Below the pieces are notes generated by a model that saw nothing but the letters and a program-made list of their open reading frames with translations, searched no databases and was not told the origin of the DNA. A program made the position numbers and the translations under genes. A stretch of DNA of 64,000 nt from an uncultured Clostridium sp. Lineage in GTDB: Bacteria; Bacillota; Clostridia; TANB77; CAG-508. Shown here piece after piece: positions 1 through 9,930 of the stretch. The stretch spans positions 50,653-114,652 of the forward strand of contig CAMMLS010000002.1 in NCBI GenBank assembly GCA_946497775.1. The letters are read 5' to 3'. The first letter of the stretch is position 1. Each line of letters begins with the position of its first letter.

Positions 1-31
1 AATAATAATTTCTGTTTCTTTTGACACATTA

Positions 32-250
32 AATAGCTTTTATTTTTACATTTGATTTTAAAAGCTTTATTTTTTTCCTTAGAAAAGAAATATAAACTTC
101 TACATTATTATACTCTGCTTCACTATTATAGCCCCAAATCTTATTGACCAATGTTTCTCTATTCATTATTTGTGTTTTATTTAGCAATAATATTTCTAAT
201 AAATCTAACTCTTTCCCATTTATAGAAATTTGGTTATCCTTGCAACTTAA
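32..250 (-). pseudogene. C-terminal winged-helix fragment of an OmpR-family response regulator (no receiver domain, no start codon)
   Basis: Reverse-strand translation gives ...NGKELDLLEILLLNKTQIMNRETLVNKIWGYNSEAEYNNVEVYISFLRKKIK..., the typical OmpR/PhoB C-terminal motif. An in-frame stop lies upstream, and the adjacent 96-aa ORF is unrelated. Confidence 0.3.
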
Positions 251-373
251 GTTTGAAAATTAGTAGTAGAATTTGCTGTTTTATTTGAATTTTCTTCTTG
301 CTCATCTTTGTTTGTATTGTCATCAGGTTCGTTTGTTTCCTCTTCATCTGCTATTGGCTCTACTATTGTTATT

Positions 374-664
374 TCAATTTGTATATTCTAATATGTTTTC
401 TCCTTCTAAAACTGTGTCATCTTCCTCTACACACATTGCTTTAAAATATTTGCTTGTGTCTAATTCTAATTGTTCTGTTACTTTTGCTGACACTTGACCA
501 GAGCTTGTTAATGTTTTTTTAATATCATGAGCAGAAACAACTTCCTCAGTTATTACTGTTTTTGTTTTACTCTCCTCAGTATTTAGTCCAATTTGTCTTC
601 CTAAAACAAAAGAACCTCCTATTAAAATTACCACTAAAAAAATTATTAAAATTTTCTTTTTCAT
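374..664 (-). CDS. small secreted/membrane-anchored hypothetical protein
   Basis: 96-aa ORF with N-terminal KKK plus a hydrophobic helix; an RBS precedes it. Confidence 0.45.
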   Translation of the reverse strand: MKKKILIIFLVVILIGGSFVLGRQIGLNTEESKTKTVITEEVVSAHDIKKTLTSSGQVSAKVTEQLELDTSKYFKAMCVEEDDTVLEGENILEYTN

Positions 665-819
665 TACTTTCCCTCCAAAATATAATTTTTAGTACGCTTA
701 TAATATAAAACATGAAGATTGAAAAATTATTGAATAAAAATAAAATATATAATTTTTTTATTTAAACATAAAAATAGCACAACTATTTTAAAGTTGTGCT
801 ATTTTCTTAATATTTTTAA

Positions 820-3030
820 TTAATATAATTTAGTATTTCTAAGCCTTAAAGCATTAAGTATTACAGTTATACTACTAAACATCATTGCAAGACTTGCAAT
901 CATAGGATTTATTGAAATTCCAAACCTAGCAAATAAGCCCATGGCTATTGGAATCATTAGGATGTTATAGAAAAATGCCCAAAATAGATTTTGTTTTATG
1001 TTTCTAACAGTTTTTTTACTTATTTTTATTAGATTTAAAATACTTACTAAATCGTTTTTAGTTAGTATTACATCTGATGAATCCATTGCTATATCTGTCC
1101 CACTATTTATACTTATACCAATATCGGCAGTAGCTAGTGCTGGGCTATCGTTTATACCATCTCCACACATCATTACATATTTGTTTTGGTTTTTTAAATC
1201 CTTTATAACCTGTGCTTTTTCAGATGGTAATACATTTGAAACAACTTGTGTTATACCTATTTCTTTTGCAATTTTTTCAGCGGTTTCTTTATTATCTCCT
1301 GTTAGCATAATTGTTTCTATTTTATTTCTATTTAAATCTTCAATAACATCTGCTAAATTTTCTCTTACAATATCATTTACTCCAATTATTGCAAGTATTT
1401 TATTTGTATTTGCTACATATACAATACTGTTTCCTTTTTTAGTAAGTTCTTCTTCGTCTTTGCTGTATACGTTTTTAATATTATATTTGTTTAAAATTTT
1501 AGAATTACCTAGTATAAATTTTTCATTATTTATTTTTCCTGTAATTCCATAGCCTGATATATTTTCAAATTCTTGAACTTCTAATTTTTCTAGGTTGTTT
1601 TCTTCTAAATAATTTTCAAAAGCTTTTCCTATTGGGTGTGTTGATTTAGCTTCTATACTTCCTACTAATTGTAATAATTTCTTTTCTTCTAGATTACTAT
1701 GATTTTTTATTTCTGCAATTTTTAATTTTCCATAAGTTAATGTACCTGTTTTATCAAATACTATTGTATCAACTTTTTGTGCATTTTCAAGTATTTCACT
1801 TTTTTTAACTAAAATTCCATTTTCTGCGCATAATCCTTCTGATACAACTATTGCAAGAGGAGTTGCTAAACCTAAGCTACATGGGCAAGCAACTACTAAT
1901 ATTGTAACAAATCTTATTAAGCTTTCAGAAAAATCATATCCCAATATTAGATAAATAATAAATGTTAAAATTGCAAGAATTATAACAGCTGGTACGAAAT
2001 ATCCTGATACAGTATCGGCAATTTTTGCTATTGGTGCTTTTGTATTACTTGCCTCTACTACTAATCTTACAATTTCAGATATTGTAGATTCTTTTCCAAT
2101 TCTTTCTGCCTTATATTCTATATATCCATCATAATTTATACTTCCAGCTATCACCTTATCTCCTATTGTTTTATTAGATGGCTTACTTTCTCCTGTTATA
2201 AATGACTCATCAAAATGTGCTGAACCTTTTAGTATTTCTCCATCAACTGCTACTTTTTCTCCTGGCTTGCAGATAACAATGTTTCCTTTATGAATTTCAT
2301 CTAGTGTTACTATTTTCTCTTTTCCATCTACTTTAATTATAGCTTTATTTGGAGTCATTTTTACTAATTTTTGAATTGCTTCTTTTGTTTTATCTTTACT
2401 TGCTCCATCTAAATATCTTCCTAATTTTATAAAGTATATAATAATTGCAGTAGATTCAAAGTATAAACTGTGTATATATTCTAAATTACCTCTTATAATC
2501 ATTATCATACTAAATACACTATATAAAAAACTACTTAATACACCAATTCCTACTAATGTATCCATATTAGGTGTTCTATGAATTAAATTTTTATAACCAT
2601 TTTTTAAAATATCAAATCCATAAATCATAAATATTATAGTAAATAAGAATAAACATATTGTATAATTTATTGGATTAATTGTAACATCTAGAAAATCAAA
2701 AATAGGAAGATTAATCATATGTCCCATAGATACATACATTAGTACAATTGCTAAAATTGTAAAAATTATAAATTTATTTTTTTCTTTTTTATTTTTGTTT
2801 TCTATATTTATTTCTTTAAACTCACCTAAGCTTTTAAAACCTGCTTGTTTTACAAATTCATCTAGTTTAGTTTTATCTAATATGTTTTCATCATAAATAA
2901 TTGTGGCATTTGCCATTACTAAATTGACATTTGCCTCAATTATTCCATTTTGTTTGTTTAAATATTTTTCTAATCCATTAGAGCAAGCAGAACAAGTCAT
3001 TCCATCTATTGATAAAATTATCTTTTTCAT
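820..3030 (-). CDS. copA: copper-translocating P-type ATPase (P1B-1)
   Basis: N-terminal HMA motif GMTCSACS, TM6 motif CPC (ACPCSLGLATP), DKTGTLT, GDGINDSPAL, TM8 motif MMFSS. Confidence 0.9.
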   Translation of the reverse strand: MKKIILSIDGMTCSACSNGLEKYLNKQNGIIEANVNLVMANATIIYDENILDKTKLDEFVKQAGFKSLGEFKEINIENKNKKEKNKFIIFTILAIVLMYVSMGHMINLPIFDFLDVTINPINYTICLFLFTIIFMIYGFDILKNGYKNLIHRTPNMDTLVGIGVLSSFLYSVFSMIMIIRGNLEYIHSLYFESTAIIIYFIKLGRYLDGASKDKTKEAIQKLVKMTPNKAIIKVDGKEKIVTLDEIHKGNIVICKPGEKVAVDGEILKGSAHFDESFITGESKPSNKTIGDKVIAGSINYDGYIEYKAERIGKESTISEIVRLVVEASNTKAPIAKIADTVSGYFVPAVIILAILTFIIYLILGYDFSESLIRFVTILVVACPCSLGLATPLAIVVSEGLCAENGILVKKSEILENAQKVDTIVFDKTGTLTYGKLKIAEIKNHSNLEEKKLLQLVGSIEAKSTHPIGKAFENYLEENNLEKLEVQEFENISGYGITGKINNEKFILGNSKILNKYNIKNVYSKDEEELTKKGNSIVYVANTNKILAIIGVNDIVRENLADVIEDLNRNKIETIMLTGDNKETAEKIAKEIGITQVVSNVLPSEKAQVIKDLKNQNKYVMMCGDGINDSPALATADIGISINSGTDIAMDSSDVILTKNDLVSILNLIKISKKTVRNIKQNLFWAFFYNILMIPIAMGLFARFGISINPMIASLAMMFSSITVILNALRLRNTKLY

Positions 3031-3031
3031 A

Positions 3032-3244
3032 TTACTCTCCTTGTATAACTTCAAATCCTAAATCATCTATTTTTTCTTCTATAACTTCTTTTTCAATTTC
3101 CTTATTAGAAAATACTATAACATCGCCTGTTTTATAGTTTGCCTCTACTTTTTCTATTCCATCTATTGTAGATAAAGCATTTTTTACTCTATTTTCGCAT
3201 CCTTCGCATACCATACCATTTACTTTTATTTTTATTTCTTTCAT
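3032..3244 (-). CDS. copZ: copper chaperone, HMA domain
   Basis: 70 aa with an MxCxxC metal-binding motif (GMVCEGCENRV). It lies immediately upstream of copA. Confidence 0.85.
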   Translation of the reverse strand: MKEIKIKVNGMVCEGCENRVKNALSTIDGIEKVEANYKTGDVIVFSNKEIEKEVIEEKIDDLGFEVIQGE

Positions 3245-3319
3245 TAAAAATCAGTCCTTCCTTTTTTATTTTATTTAATCACAAATAGTAATTAAATTAC
3301 AGACTTTTTACTATAAAAT

Positions 3320-5161
3320 TTATTTTTTTACATTTAAAGCTCTTAATGCATTTATAATTGCAATTATAGAAACACCTACATCTGCAAATACAGCTTGCCA
3401 CATAGTAGATAATCCTAATGCACTTAAAATTAGGACAAGTACTTTTATCGAAATTGCAAATACTATATTTTCTTTAACAATTCTCATTGTTTTCTTTGAT
3501 AATGAAATAGCATTTACTATTTTAGATGGTTCATCTGTCATAAGAACAACATCTGCTGCTTCTATTGCGGCATCTGAACCTAAGCCACCCATTGCTATGC
3601 CTATATCTGAAATGGCTAAAACTGGTGCATCATTTATTCCATCTCCTACAAATGCAAGTTTACCTTTTTGACTTTTTTCTTTTAATAAACTTTCTACTTT
3701 TTCTACTTTTCCATCTGGTAATAATTCTGTATAAACTTTATCTAATCCTAATTCTTTGCTAACTAATTCGCCAACTTCTTTTCTATCTCCTGTTAGCATA
3801 ATAGTTTGTTTTATGTTATTTTTCTTTAAATCTTTTATTGCCTTTTTTGAATCTTCTTTTATTTTATCTGCTATTAATATATATCCTGCGAATTTTCCAT
3901 CTATTGCAACATATAAAATAGTTCCTATATCATTGCATTTTGTAAAATCTATTTGTTTTTCGTTCATTAATTTTTCGTTTCCTACTAAAACTTCTTGATT
4001 TCCAATTGTTGCAATAACTCCACGTCCAGATAATTCTTCTGTTTTTATAATTTGTTTTTCATCAATTTCATTATTGTAGGCTTTTTTAACAGATAATGAA
4101 ATTGGATGATTTGAATAATTTTCAGCATGTGCTGTAATTTTTAATAATTCTTCTTTGCTTATATCTATTGCATTTACTTTTTGTACTTCAAATACTCCTT
4201 CTGTTAATGTTCCGGTTTTATCAAATACTATTATTTCTGTGTTAGCTAATTGTTCTAAATAGTTACTTCCCTTTATTAGTATACCCATTTTAGATGCTCC
4301 ACCTATTCCTCCAAAAAAGCTAAGTGGTATTGAAATAACTAGTGCACAAGGGCAAGATACTACTAAGAATGATAATGCTCTATATATCCATTCTGAAAAT
4401 AAAGCTCCTTCTATTACAAGTGGAGGAACAATTGCAAGAATTACTGCAATTATTACCACTATTGGTGTATAGTATGAAGCAAATTTTGTAATAAAGTTTT
4501 CTGATTTTGCTTTTTTACTACTTGCATTTTCAACTAAATCTAATATTTTACTTACTGTTGACTGTCCATATTCTTTTGTAACTTTTATTTTTATTACTCC
4601 ATTTATATTTATACTTCCACTTAATACCTCATCACCTTCTTGTATTTCTCGTGGCAAAGATTCACCTGTTAATGCTTTGGTATCTAAACTTGAACTTCCT
4701 TCTACTACATATCCGTCTAGTGGAATTTTTTCTCCTGGTTTAACTACTATTATTTCTCCAATTTTTACATCATCCGGATCTACCTTTTCAATTGTTCCAT
4801 TTCTTTGTACATTTGCAAAATCTGGTCTTATATCCATTAGGCTTGAAATTGATTTTCTAGATTTATCTACTGCAAAGCTTTGGAATAGCTCACCTATTTG
4901 ATAAAATAACATAACAGCAACTGCTTCTGGAAATTCTCCAATTGCAAAAGCGCCAAGTGTTGCAACCGTCATTAAGAAATTTTCGTCGAATACTTTGCCT
5001 CTTATAATATTTCTAAATGCCTTTCTTACAATTTCAAAGCCAACTATAATATAAGATATAATATATATACTATTATTTATCCATTCATTATTAAAATTTA
5101 TTGTAATAGCAACAATGAATAATATAAGTGCTATTATAATCTTAATACCTTTTTTCTTCAT
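3320..5161 (-). CDS. cadA: Cd/Zn/Co-type heavy-metal P-type ATPase (P1B-2) lacking an N-terminal HMA domain
   Basis: CPC motif (SCPCALVISIP), DKTGTLT, GDGINDAP, a conserved Asp in the last TM (FADVG), and a start directly in TM helices. Confidence 0.85.
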   Translation of the reverse strand: MKKKGIKIIIALILFIVAITINFNNEWINNSIYIISYIIVGFEIVRKAFRNIIRGKVFDENFLMTVATLGAFAIGEFPEAVAVMLFYQIGELFQSFAVDKSRKSISSLMDIRPDFANVQRNGTIEKVDPDDVKIGEIIVVKPGEKIPLDGYVVEGSSSLDTKALTGESLPREIQEGDEVLSGSININGVIKIKVTKEYGQSTVSKILDLVENASSKKAKSENFITKFASYYTPIVVIIAVILAIVPPLVIEGALFSEWIYRALSFLVVSCPCALVISIPLSFFGGIGGASKMGILIKGSNYLEQLANTEIIVFDKTGTLTEGVFEVQKVNAIDISKEELLKITAHAENYSNHPISLSVKKAYNNEIDEKQIIKTEELSGRGVIATIGNQEVLVGNEKLMNEKQIDFTKCNDIGTILYVAIDGKFAGYILIADKIKEDSKKAIKDLKKNNIKQTIMLTGDRKEVGELVSKELGLDKVYTELLPDGKVEKVESLLKEKSQKGKLAFVGDGINDAPVLAISDIGIAMGGLGSDAAIEAADVVLMTDEPSKIVNAISLSKKTMRIVKENIVFAISIKVLVLILSALGLSTMWQAVFADVGVSIIAIINALRALNVKK

Positions 5162-5171
5162 AGTAGCCCTC

Positions 5172-5393
5172 CTATACTTCTTCTATTGTTACATCTGGTT
5201 CTTCTTTTTTAATTACTTTTTTTACATTTTGCAATATTTCTTCTTTTCTTGCCTCATCATATTCTAGTTCCATTTTTAGTGTCATAAAGCTTATTGTTAC
5301 ACTTTCTATTCCATCTATTTTTTGTATTGCCCTTTCTAGCTCTGATGCACAATTTGCACAGTCTAATCCTTTCATTTTAAATTTACTTTTCAT
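5172..5393 (-). CDS. stand-alone heavy-metal-associated (HMA) domain protein
   Basis: 73 aa with motif GLDCANCASELE, encoded between the ArsR regulator and cadA. Confidence 0.8.
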   Translation of the reverse strand: MKSKFKMKGLDCANCASELERAIQKIDGIESVTISFMTLKMELEYDEARKEEILQNVKKVIKKEEPDVTIEEV

Positions 5394-5410
5394 AATAAAT
5401 CCCCTCCACT

Positions 5411-5773
5411 TTATTTTTTATGTTCAATATGTTCCATACCAATTTCAAAAACTTCTTTAACATGTTCATCATCTAACATGTAAAAAACCTCTTTTCCTTC
5501 TTTTCTACATTTAACAATTCCACTTCTTCTCAAAGTTCCTAATTGATGTGAAATAGATGATTTGCTCATTCCTAAAACATTCGCAATATCACATACGCAC
5601 ATTTCATTTTGATCAAGTGCAAATAAAATTCTTGCTCTTGTTGTATCTCCTATTATTTTAAAAAACTCTGCAAGCTTTATAAATGTATCCCAGTCGGGCA
5701 TTTTTTTGCTTGTATTTTCAACAACATCCTTGTGAATTATGTTGCAGTCACATATAAATTCATTTTTTGCCAT
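5411..5773 (-). CDS. cadC: ArsR/SmtB-family metalloregulator (CadC-like)
   Basis: N-terminal CDC motif, an HTH segment (MCVCDIANVLGMSKSSISHQL) and metal-sensing Cys pairs. It is the first gene of the metal operon. Confidence 0.85.
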   Translation of the reverse strand: MAKNEFICDCNIIHKDVVENTSKKMPDWDTFIKLAEFFKIIGDTTRARILFALDQNEMCVCDIANVLGMSKSSISHQLGTLRRSGIVKCRKEGKEVFYMLDDEHVKEVFEIGMEHIEHKK

Positions 5774-5799
5774 GTGTTACCTCCTTGTTTTTAATTGAG

Positions 5800-5852
5800 T
5801 ATTTATTCAATTGTTAATTATATTATATGTGAATGAGTATTCAACTGTCAAT
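5800..5852. promoter_or_regulatory. putative ArsR/CadC operator: imperfect palindromes TTGAGTATTTATTCAATTG and GAATGAGTATTCAACTG upstream of cadC
   Basis: Two related dyad-like TGAGTATT...TCAA elements lie in the promoter region of the metal operon. Confidence 0.3.
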
Positions 5853-5937
5853 ATTTTTTTAAAATTTTTTTTAAATTTTTGTATAAAAAAATTAGCACCC
5901 ACTTATTCTTTTATAAATAGGTGCTAATTTCTTAAAT

Positions 5938-6738
5938 CTAATTTTTATATTCTACATCATAAAGTATTGATTTCTCTTTTTGTCTATCTTCCGGAATTAT
6001 TGGTTCTTGTGCAGCTTTTATATATTTGTTTATAACGTCAGCAGGTGTACTATCTGGTTTATAACTAGAATTAATTGTTGTAGTCGATAATATTTCCGAA
6101 GTTGACTTTGTGCTTATTGTTTGAGTTAAATCCTCATCTAGATTTCCTAAGGATATTACAAAATTTGGATTATCAAATAATATACTTCCGTCTGGTTGTG
6201 CAAATCCAAGCAATATATAATATTCTCCAACATTTAGAAGTCCCATTCCTTCAAAAAATGAATAACTTAATTTATCTTGTTCTAAACCACCATTTTGTGC
6301 TATTTCAATATTTTCATTTGTCACAAGATTTCCATTTATATTTCGAATTACATTTACCTCATAAACAGTATATGGAGACGCAACTGTTTTTATTTCTCCA
6401 TCAATAACACTTTGCGTTGGATGTCTATATTCTGTTCGAAGTATCTTATTAACCTTTCCGATAAAAGTATAGTCAGCTATTCCGATTGCTTGTTCCGGTG
6501 TACTTGTATCATATGCATATGAAGGGCAAATATAATTTATAGGAATATCTTTATATTCTTCATAATTGTAGGATACTGAGTAAGCTGGTTCTATTTTACT
6601 CTCTGCTATGCTCTCATTATTATATTTTGCAATAGGTTCCATCTCATTGTTATGATTTAATATTAAAAATAAGCAAATCGATAATATACATAAAAGTATA
6701 CAAACTAATAATATAATAATTTTATTCTTCATAGGCAA
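5938..6738 (-). CDS. membrane-anchored extracellular hypothetical protein
   Basis: 266 aa with an N-terminal TM/signal anchor; no recognisable domain. Confidence 0.5.
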   Translation of the reverse strand: MPMKNKIIILLVCILLCILSICLFLILNHNNEMEPIAKYNNESIAESKIEPAYSVSYNYEEYKDIPINYICPSYAYDTSTPEQAIGIADYTFIGKVNKILRTEYRHPTQSVIDGEIKTVASPYTVYEVNVIRNINGNLVTNENIEIAQNGGLEQDKLSYSFFEGMGLLNVGEYYILLGFAQPDGSILFDNPNFVISLGNLDEDLTQTISTKSTSEILSTTTINSSYKPDSTPADVINKYIKAAQEPIIPEDRQKEKSILYDVEYKN

Positions 6739-7105
6739 TCCCCCTCCAATAACTTGGAATTTATATATCTTAATTTTGATTTATAACCATACTGAGTTAT
6801 CAATTACAATTTATCATATTTTTACAATTTTTTCAACACAATTACTAATAAACATAATTTTTTATATGACATTTAAAAGCACAACTTATTTTAAGTTGCG
6901 CTTTTCGCTTCTGCATTTAATTTTGTAATTGTATCTATTTCCAAGTCTATATAAAAAAGCAATTCCATTTTATATTCTTCTCCATCCTTATTACTCCATA
7001 TAAAAAAACTTTAAGCTCATATAATATCCCATAATGTTTTTAGCTATTCTTATTACATAATTATGATAAATATTTTAATAAAAAATCTAATTAGACTAAC
7101 TACTT

Positions 7106-7567
7106 TTAAGTACATTCTTTTATATAAGTATGCTCTACTTTGCCATTTTCATCAAAATCTATATTAAGGTCATAAACCTTTCGATTATATTCACTACTCC
7201 AAAAATGCTTTTTAGATATTGTTCCTGCACTATATGTATAATTTTGGGTATTATCTTTACCTATATACCTGTATCTCGGCTCTCCTAATAGTTCAATAAC
7301 TTCTTCTTCTGATAATCCTATAAGCCTTTTGTTGTCGACCATTTCATTCATTTCTATATATGAATCACTTATTATTTCATAATCATAAAAAAGAATAAAT
7401 ACACAAAATAAAGTCAATGCAATTATTATAATTTTTAATGTCTTACATATTCGTTTTGTTTTTATTAAAAATATTAAACCTATTATTATAGCAACCACTA
7501 TTAATACAGGTATTAACCATATTAAGGTTATAAATAAACCCACAAGTAAATTAGTTATCATATTCAT
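7106..7567 (-). CDS. hypothetical membrane protein
   Basis: 153 aa with two N-terminal TM helices. Confidence 0.5.
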   Translation of the reverse strand: MNMITNLLVGLFITLIWLIPVLIVVAIIIGLIFLIKTKRICKTLKIIIIALTLFCVFILFYDYEIISDSYIEMNEMVDNKRLIGLSEEEVIELLGEPRYRYIGKDNTQNYTYSAGTISKKHFWSSEYNRKVYDLNIDFDENGKVEHTYIKECT

Positions 7568-7709
7568 CCTTTCAACAAATTACTTTTTCAAACATATTAT
7601 CATAAAAGCAGATAATTAGCAACTAACTATCTGCTCTACTTATTGTAAGTTATCACTCTGATTTATATTTTATTCATTTTAAATTTCATACAAAATTTTA
7701 TCATATTTA

Positions 7710-7830
7710 TTGACTTTTTATTCATAAATAGATTATAATAATTATAGGAAATGACAATTCCACAAACGTGGTTTTGCCGAAATAGATATAAAAACTCACA
7801 TCTAAATCGTCAAATTAACAGATGTGAGCT
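7710..7830 (+). ncRNA. candidate small RNA: sigma-A-like promoter (TTGACT-N18-TATAAT) plus an ~85-nt transcript ending in a hairpin/T7 terminator
   Basis: -35 at 7710-7715, -10 at 7734-7739. Terminator stem CTCACATCT/AGATGTGAG at 7793-7823 followed by TTTTTTT. No ORF lies between them. Confidence 0.25.
7793..7830. terminator. bidirectional rho-independent terminator
   Basis: 9-bp stem flanked by an A-run on one side and a T-run on the other. Confidence 0.5.
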
Positions 7831-7834
7831 TTTT

Positions 7835-8029
7835 TTATTTATGTAGTTGCTTATCAACCCAGTTCTTATACAGAACTGCTGTCAAGGCAACGTTTAATGT
7901 TAAAGATAACATTAAGGATAATATTAAAAATAGTATCGCTTTAACCATAAACATCACCACCCCTCCTACGAAGAATCGTAAAAATTGGTGGCAAAACCAC
8001 ATCTGCTTATCATCATTTCCTATGGTCAT
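7835..8029 (-). CDS. possible small membrane protein (64 aa)
   Basis: ORF with one TM helix, ending just before the bidirectional terminator. Weak support. Confidence 0.25.
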   Translation of the reverse strand: MTIGNDDKQMWFCHQFLRFFVGGVVMFMVKAILFLILSLMLSLTLNVALTAVLYKNWVDKQLHK

Positions 8030-8162
8030 TATTCTGCAATATTCTTTTAAATTTGTCCATAATATTTAAAAATTTTCATAATTTGTTCTAAACAAAAAAT
8101 TACTATTTGTATGGATGCTTAACACAAAACACAGATAGTTTAAATTATCTGTCTTATTGTAA

Positions 8163-8650
8163 TTACCAATTTTCATATCTTTGACTTATATTAATATCTG
8201 CAATATTATTCATATCTTCTTCACTTAATTCAAAGTTAAAAATATCATAATTTTCTGCAATATGGTCTGGATTGCTTGAACCAGGAATAACTATATATCC
8301 TGCTTGTAATTGCCATCTTAATATAATTTGTGCTGATGTTTTGTTGTATTTTTCAGCTATTTCTTTAATTGTTTCATTATTAAAGATTTCAGAAGTATGA
8401 CCTCTACCACCAAACGGATACCATGATTCTATTATAATTCCATATTGACTGACATAGTCTTGTAATTCTGTATTTTGATAGTATATATGATTTTCATTTT
8501 GAATTACTGCTGGCATAATTGTTGCATAAGATAATACTTCATCTATTTCTTATTTTGTATAGTAATTTGATATTCCAATTGATTTTACCTTCTCACTTTT
8601 TCCTAATGTTTTATCCCATTCTTGACTTAAATTTAATTTTTATTCCATAA
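8163..8650 (-). pseudogene. aldo/keto reductase remnant: C-terminal half only, with an in-frame TAA
   Basis: 117-aa ORF IIESWYPFGG...IILRWQLQAGYIVIPGSSNPDHIAENYDIFNFELSEEDM is an AKR C-terminus. The upstream frame continues ...EWDKTLGKSEKVKSIGISNYYTK*EIDEVLSYATIMPAV with a stop. The N-terminal ~120 aa are absent. Confidence 0.7.
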
Positions 8651-8771
8651 TATACCTTCTTTCTTAATTATTATTTATATTTTGATGTTTATTATTCTTT
8701 AATAGTTTATTTATTATTATAACTTATCTTTTTTAAAATAGCCAATACTTATTTTGAATAATTTATCATAG

Positions 8772-9131
8772 TTGACAGGAATGATAAACCATAATAAAAT
8801 AATAGCTAAATACGGAGTTCTTCTTCGAAAAAGAGCAGAGGAAACTATTGAATCTGAATTACAAAAAACAGATGAAGTTATTGTTGGAGATATTTATATA
8901 GTTGCAACTTATAATTTAATATATAATGCCTCTTTCTTTGTTGAAGAAGGTTTTGGTTACGCTATAACTTTGAATAATTTTATAAATGCAGCACCTGATA
9001 ATAATTTATGTTTTAAACCACTTATACCAAATTTAAGAGCCAATTTAGTAATGGTTTGGAAAAAATACCAAGTTTTTTCAAAGGCTTCTCAAATATTTTT
9101 AGAAGCATTACAAAAGGAGATAAATAATTAG
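8772..9131 (+). pseudogene. LysR-family regulator remnant (C-terminal substrate-binding subdomain only; HTH absent)
   Basis: 119 aa ending ...GFGYAITLNNFINAAPDNNLCFKPLIPNLRANLVMVWKKYQVFSKASQIFLEAL, the typical LysR C-terminal signature. There is no N-terminal wHTH and no upstream coding sequence. Confidence 0.5.
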
Positions 9132-9186
9132 AAAGATTAATTATTTATCCCCTTTTACCTTTTTTCCCTAATCTACAAGATAAAAT

Positions 9187-9927
9187 CTATTGTTCAACAA
9201 CTTCTTTTATTAAATCTCTTAAATATGGTCTTTTTCTATTAGGTAAATTATCTAATTGTGCTAATGAATTTTCCTTTTTTAAAAATATAATTCTATTAAA
9301 TTCAACCTCTAAATTATTCTTAATTAAATATGCTTTATACTCTTCAAAATGCTGGTTTATCTCATCTTTTGTTTTATCAATTTCCCCTACCGCTAAAAAT
9401 CCATAACCATTTCTTCTTTTTTTAGGATATTCAATATATTCTATATTATAATTAATATCATCTAAGTTTAGATTTAGTTCTTCTTTTAACTCTCTTTTTA
9501 TGTTTAAATTAATATTAATTTCTCCATTTTCAATATCAGTAATATCAATTCCTCCACCAGGGATTTGCAAACAATATGGTACTGATGTTGTTTTATTCAT
9601 TTCTCCTATTACTAAATAATTATCTTTTGTAATAAGCAAAATTCCACCCCAAGGTGAACAACATCTATATTGTTCTTGCTTAATTCCAACTCTTTCATCA
9701 TATAAATAATGAGCATAATTAGATTTAGTAACAAGCATTTGTATATTCTCTTTGGTTTCTGTTATTGTTTCTACAACATAATATTGTCCATTATATAAAT
9801 TAGGATTTTCTTTTATGGCATTATTCCAAAACTCATCAATATTTTTTACAAGCTCATCAGGCAAGTTAATTTGTCTGTTCTCAAATTTTAATATAAAAGG
9901 TTTTTTTATTTTTGAAATATTACTCAT
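9187..9927 (-). CDS. NUDIX-like fold hydrolase (non-canonical Nudix box)
   Basis: Motif ...PGGGIDITDIENGE...NIKRELKEELNL resembles Gx5Ex7REUxEExGU but does not satisfy the spacing exactly. Confidence 0.4.
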   Translation of the reverse strand: MSNISKIKKPFILKFENRQINLPDELVKNIDEFWNNAIKENPNLYNGQYYVVETITETKENIQMLVTKSNYAHYLYDERVGIKQEQYRCCSPWGGILLITKDNYLVIGEMNKTTSVPYCLQIPGGGIDITDIENGEININLNIKRELKEELNLNLDDINYNIEYIEYPKKRRNGYGFLAVGEIDKTKDEINQHFEEYKAYLIKNNLEVEFNRIIFLKKENSLAQLDNLPNRKRPYLRDLIKEVVEQ

Positions 9928-9930
9928 TTT

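Noticed and set aside
273-497. Plus-strand 74-aa ORF
   Set aside because: It overlaps the better-supported minus-strand 96-aa gene and the RR-fragment region, and has no RBS.
9187-9927. Confident NUDIX hydrolase call
   Set aside because: The GX5EX7REUXEEXGU spacing is not met exactly, so the call is kept as 'NUDIX-like' at low confidence.
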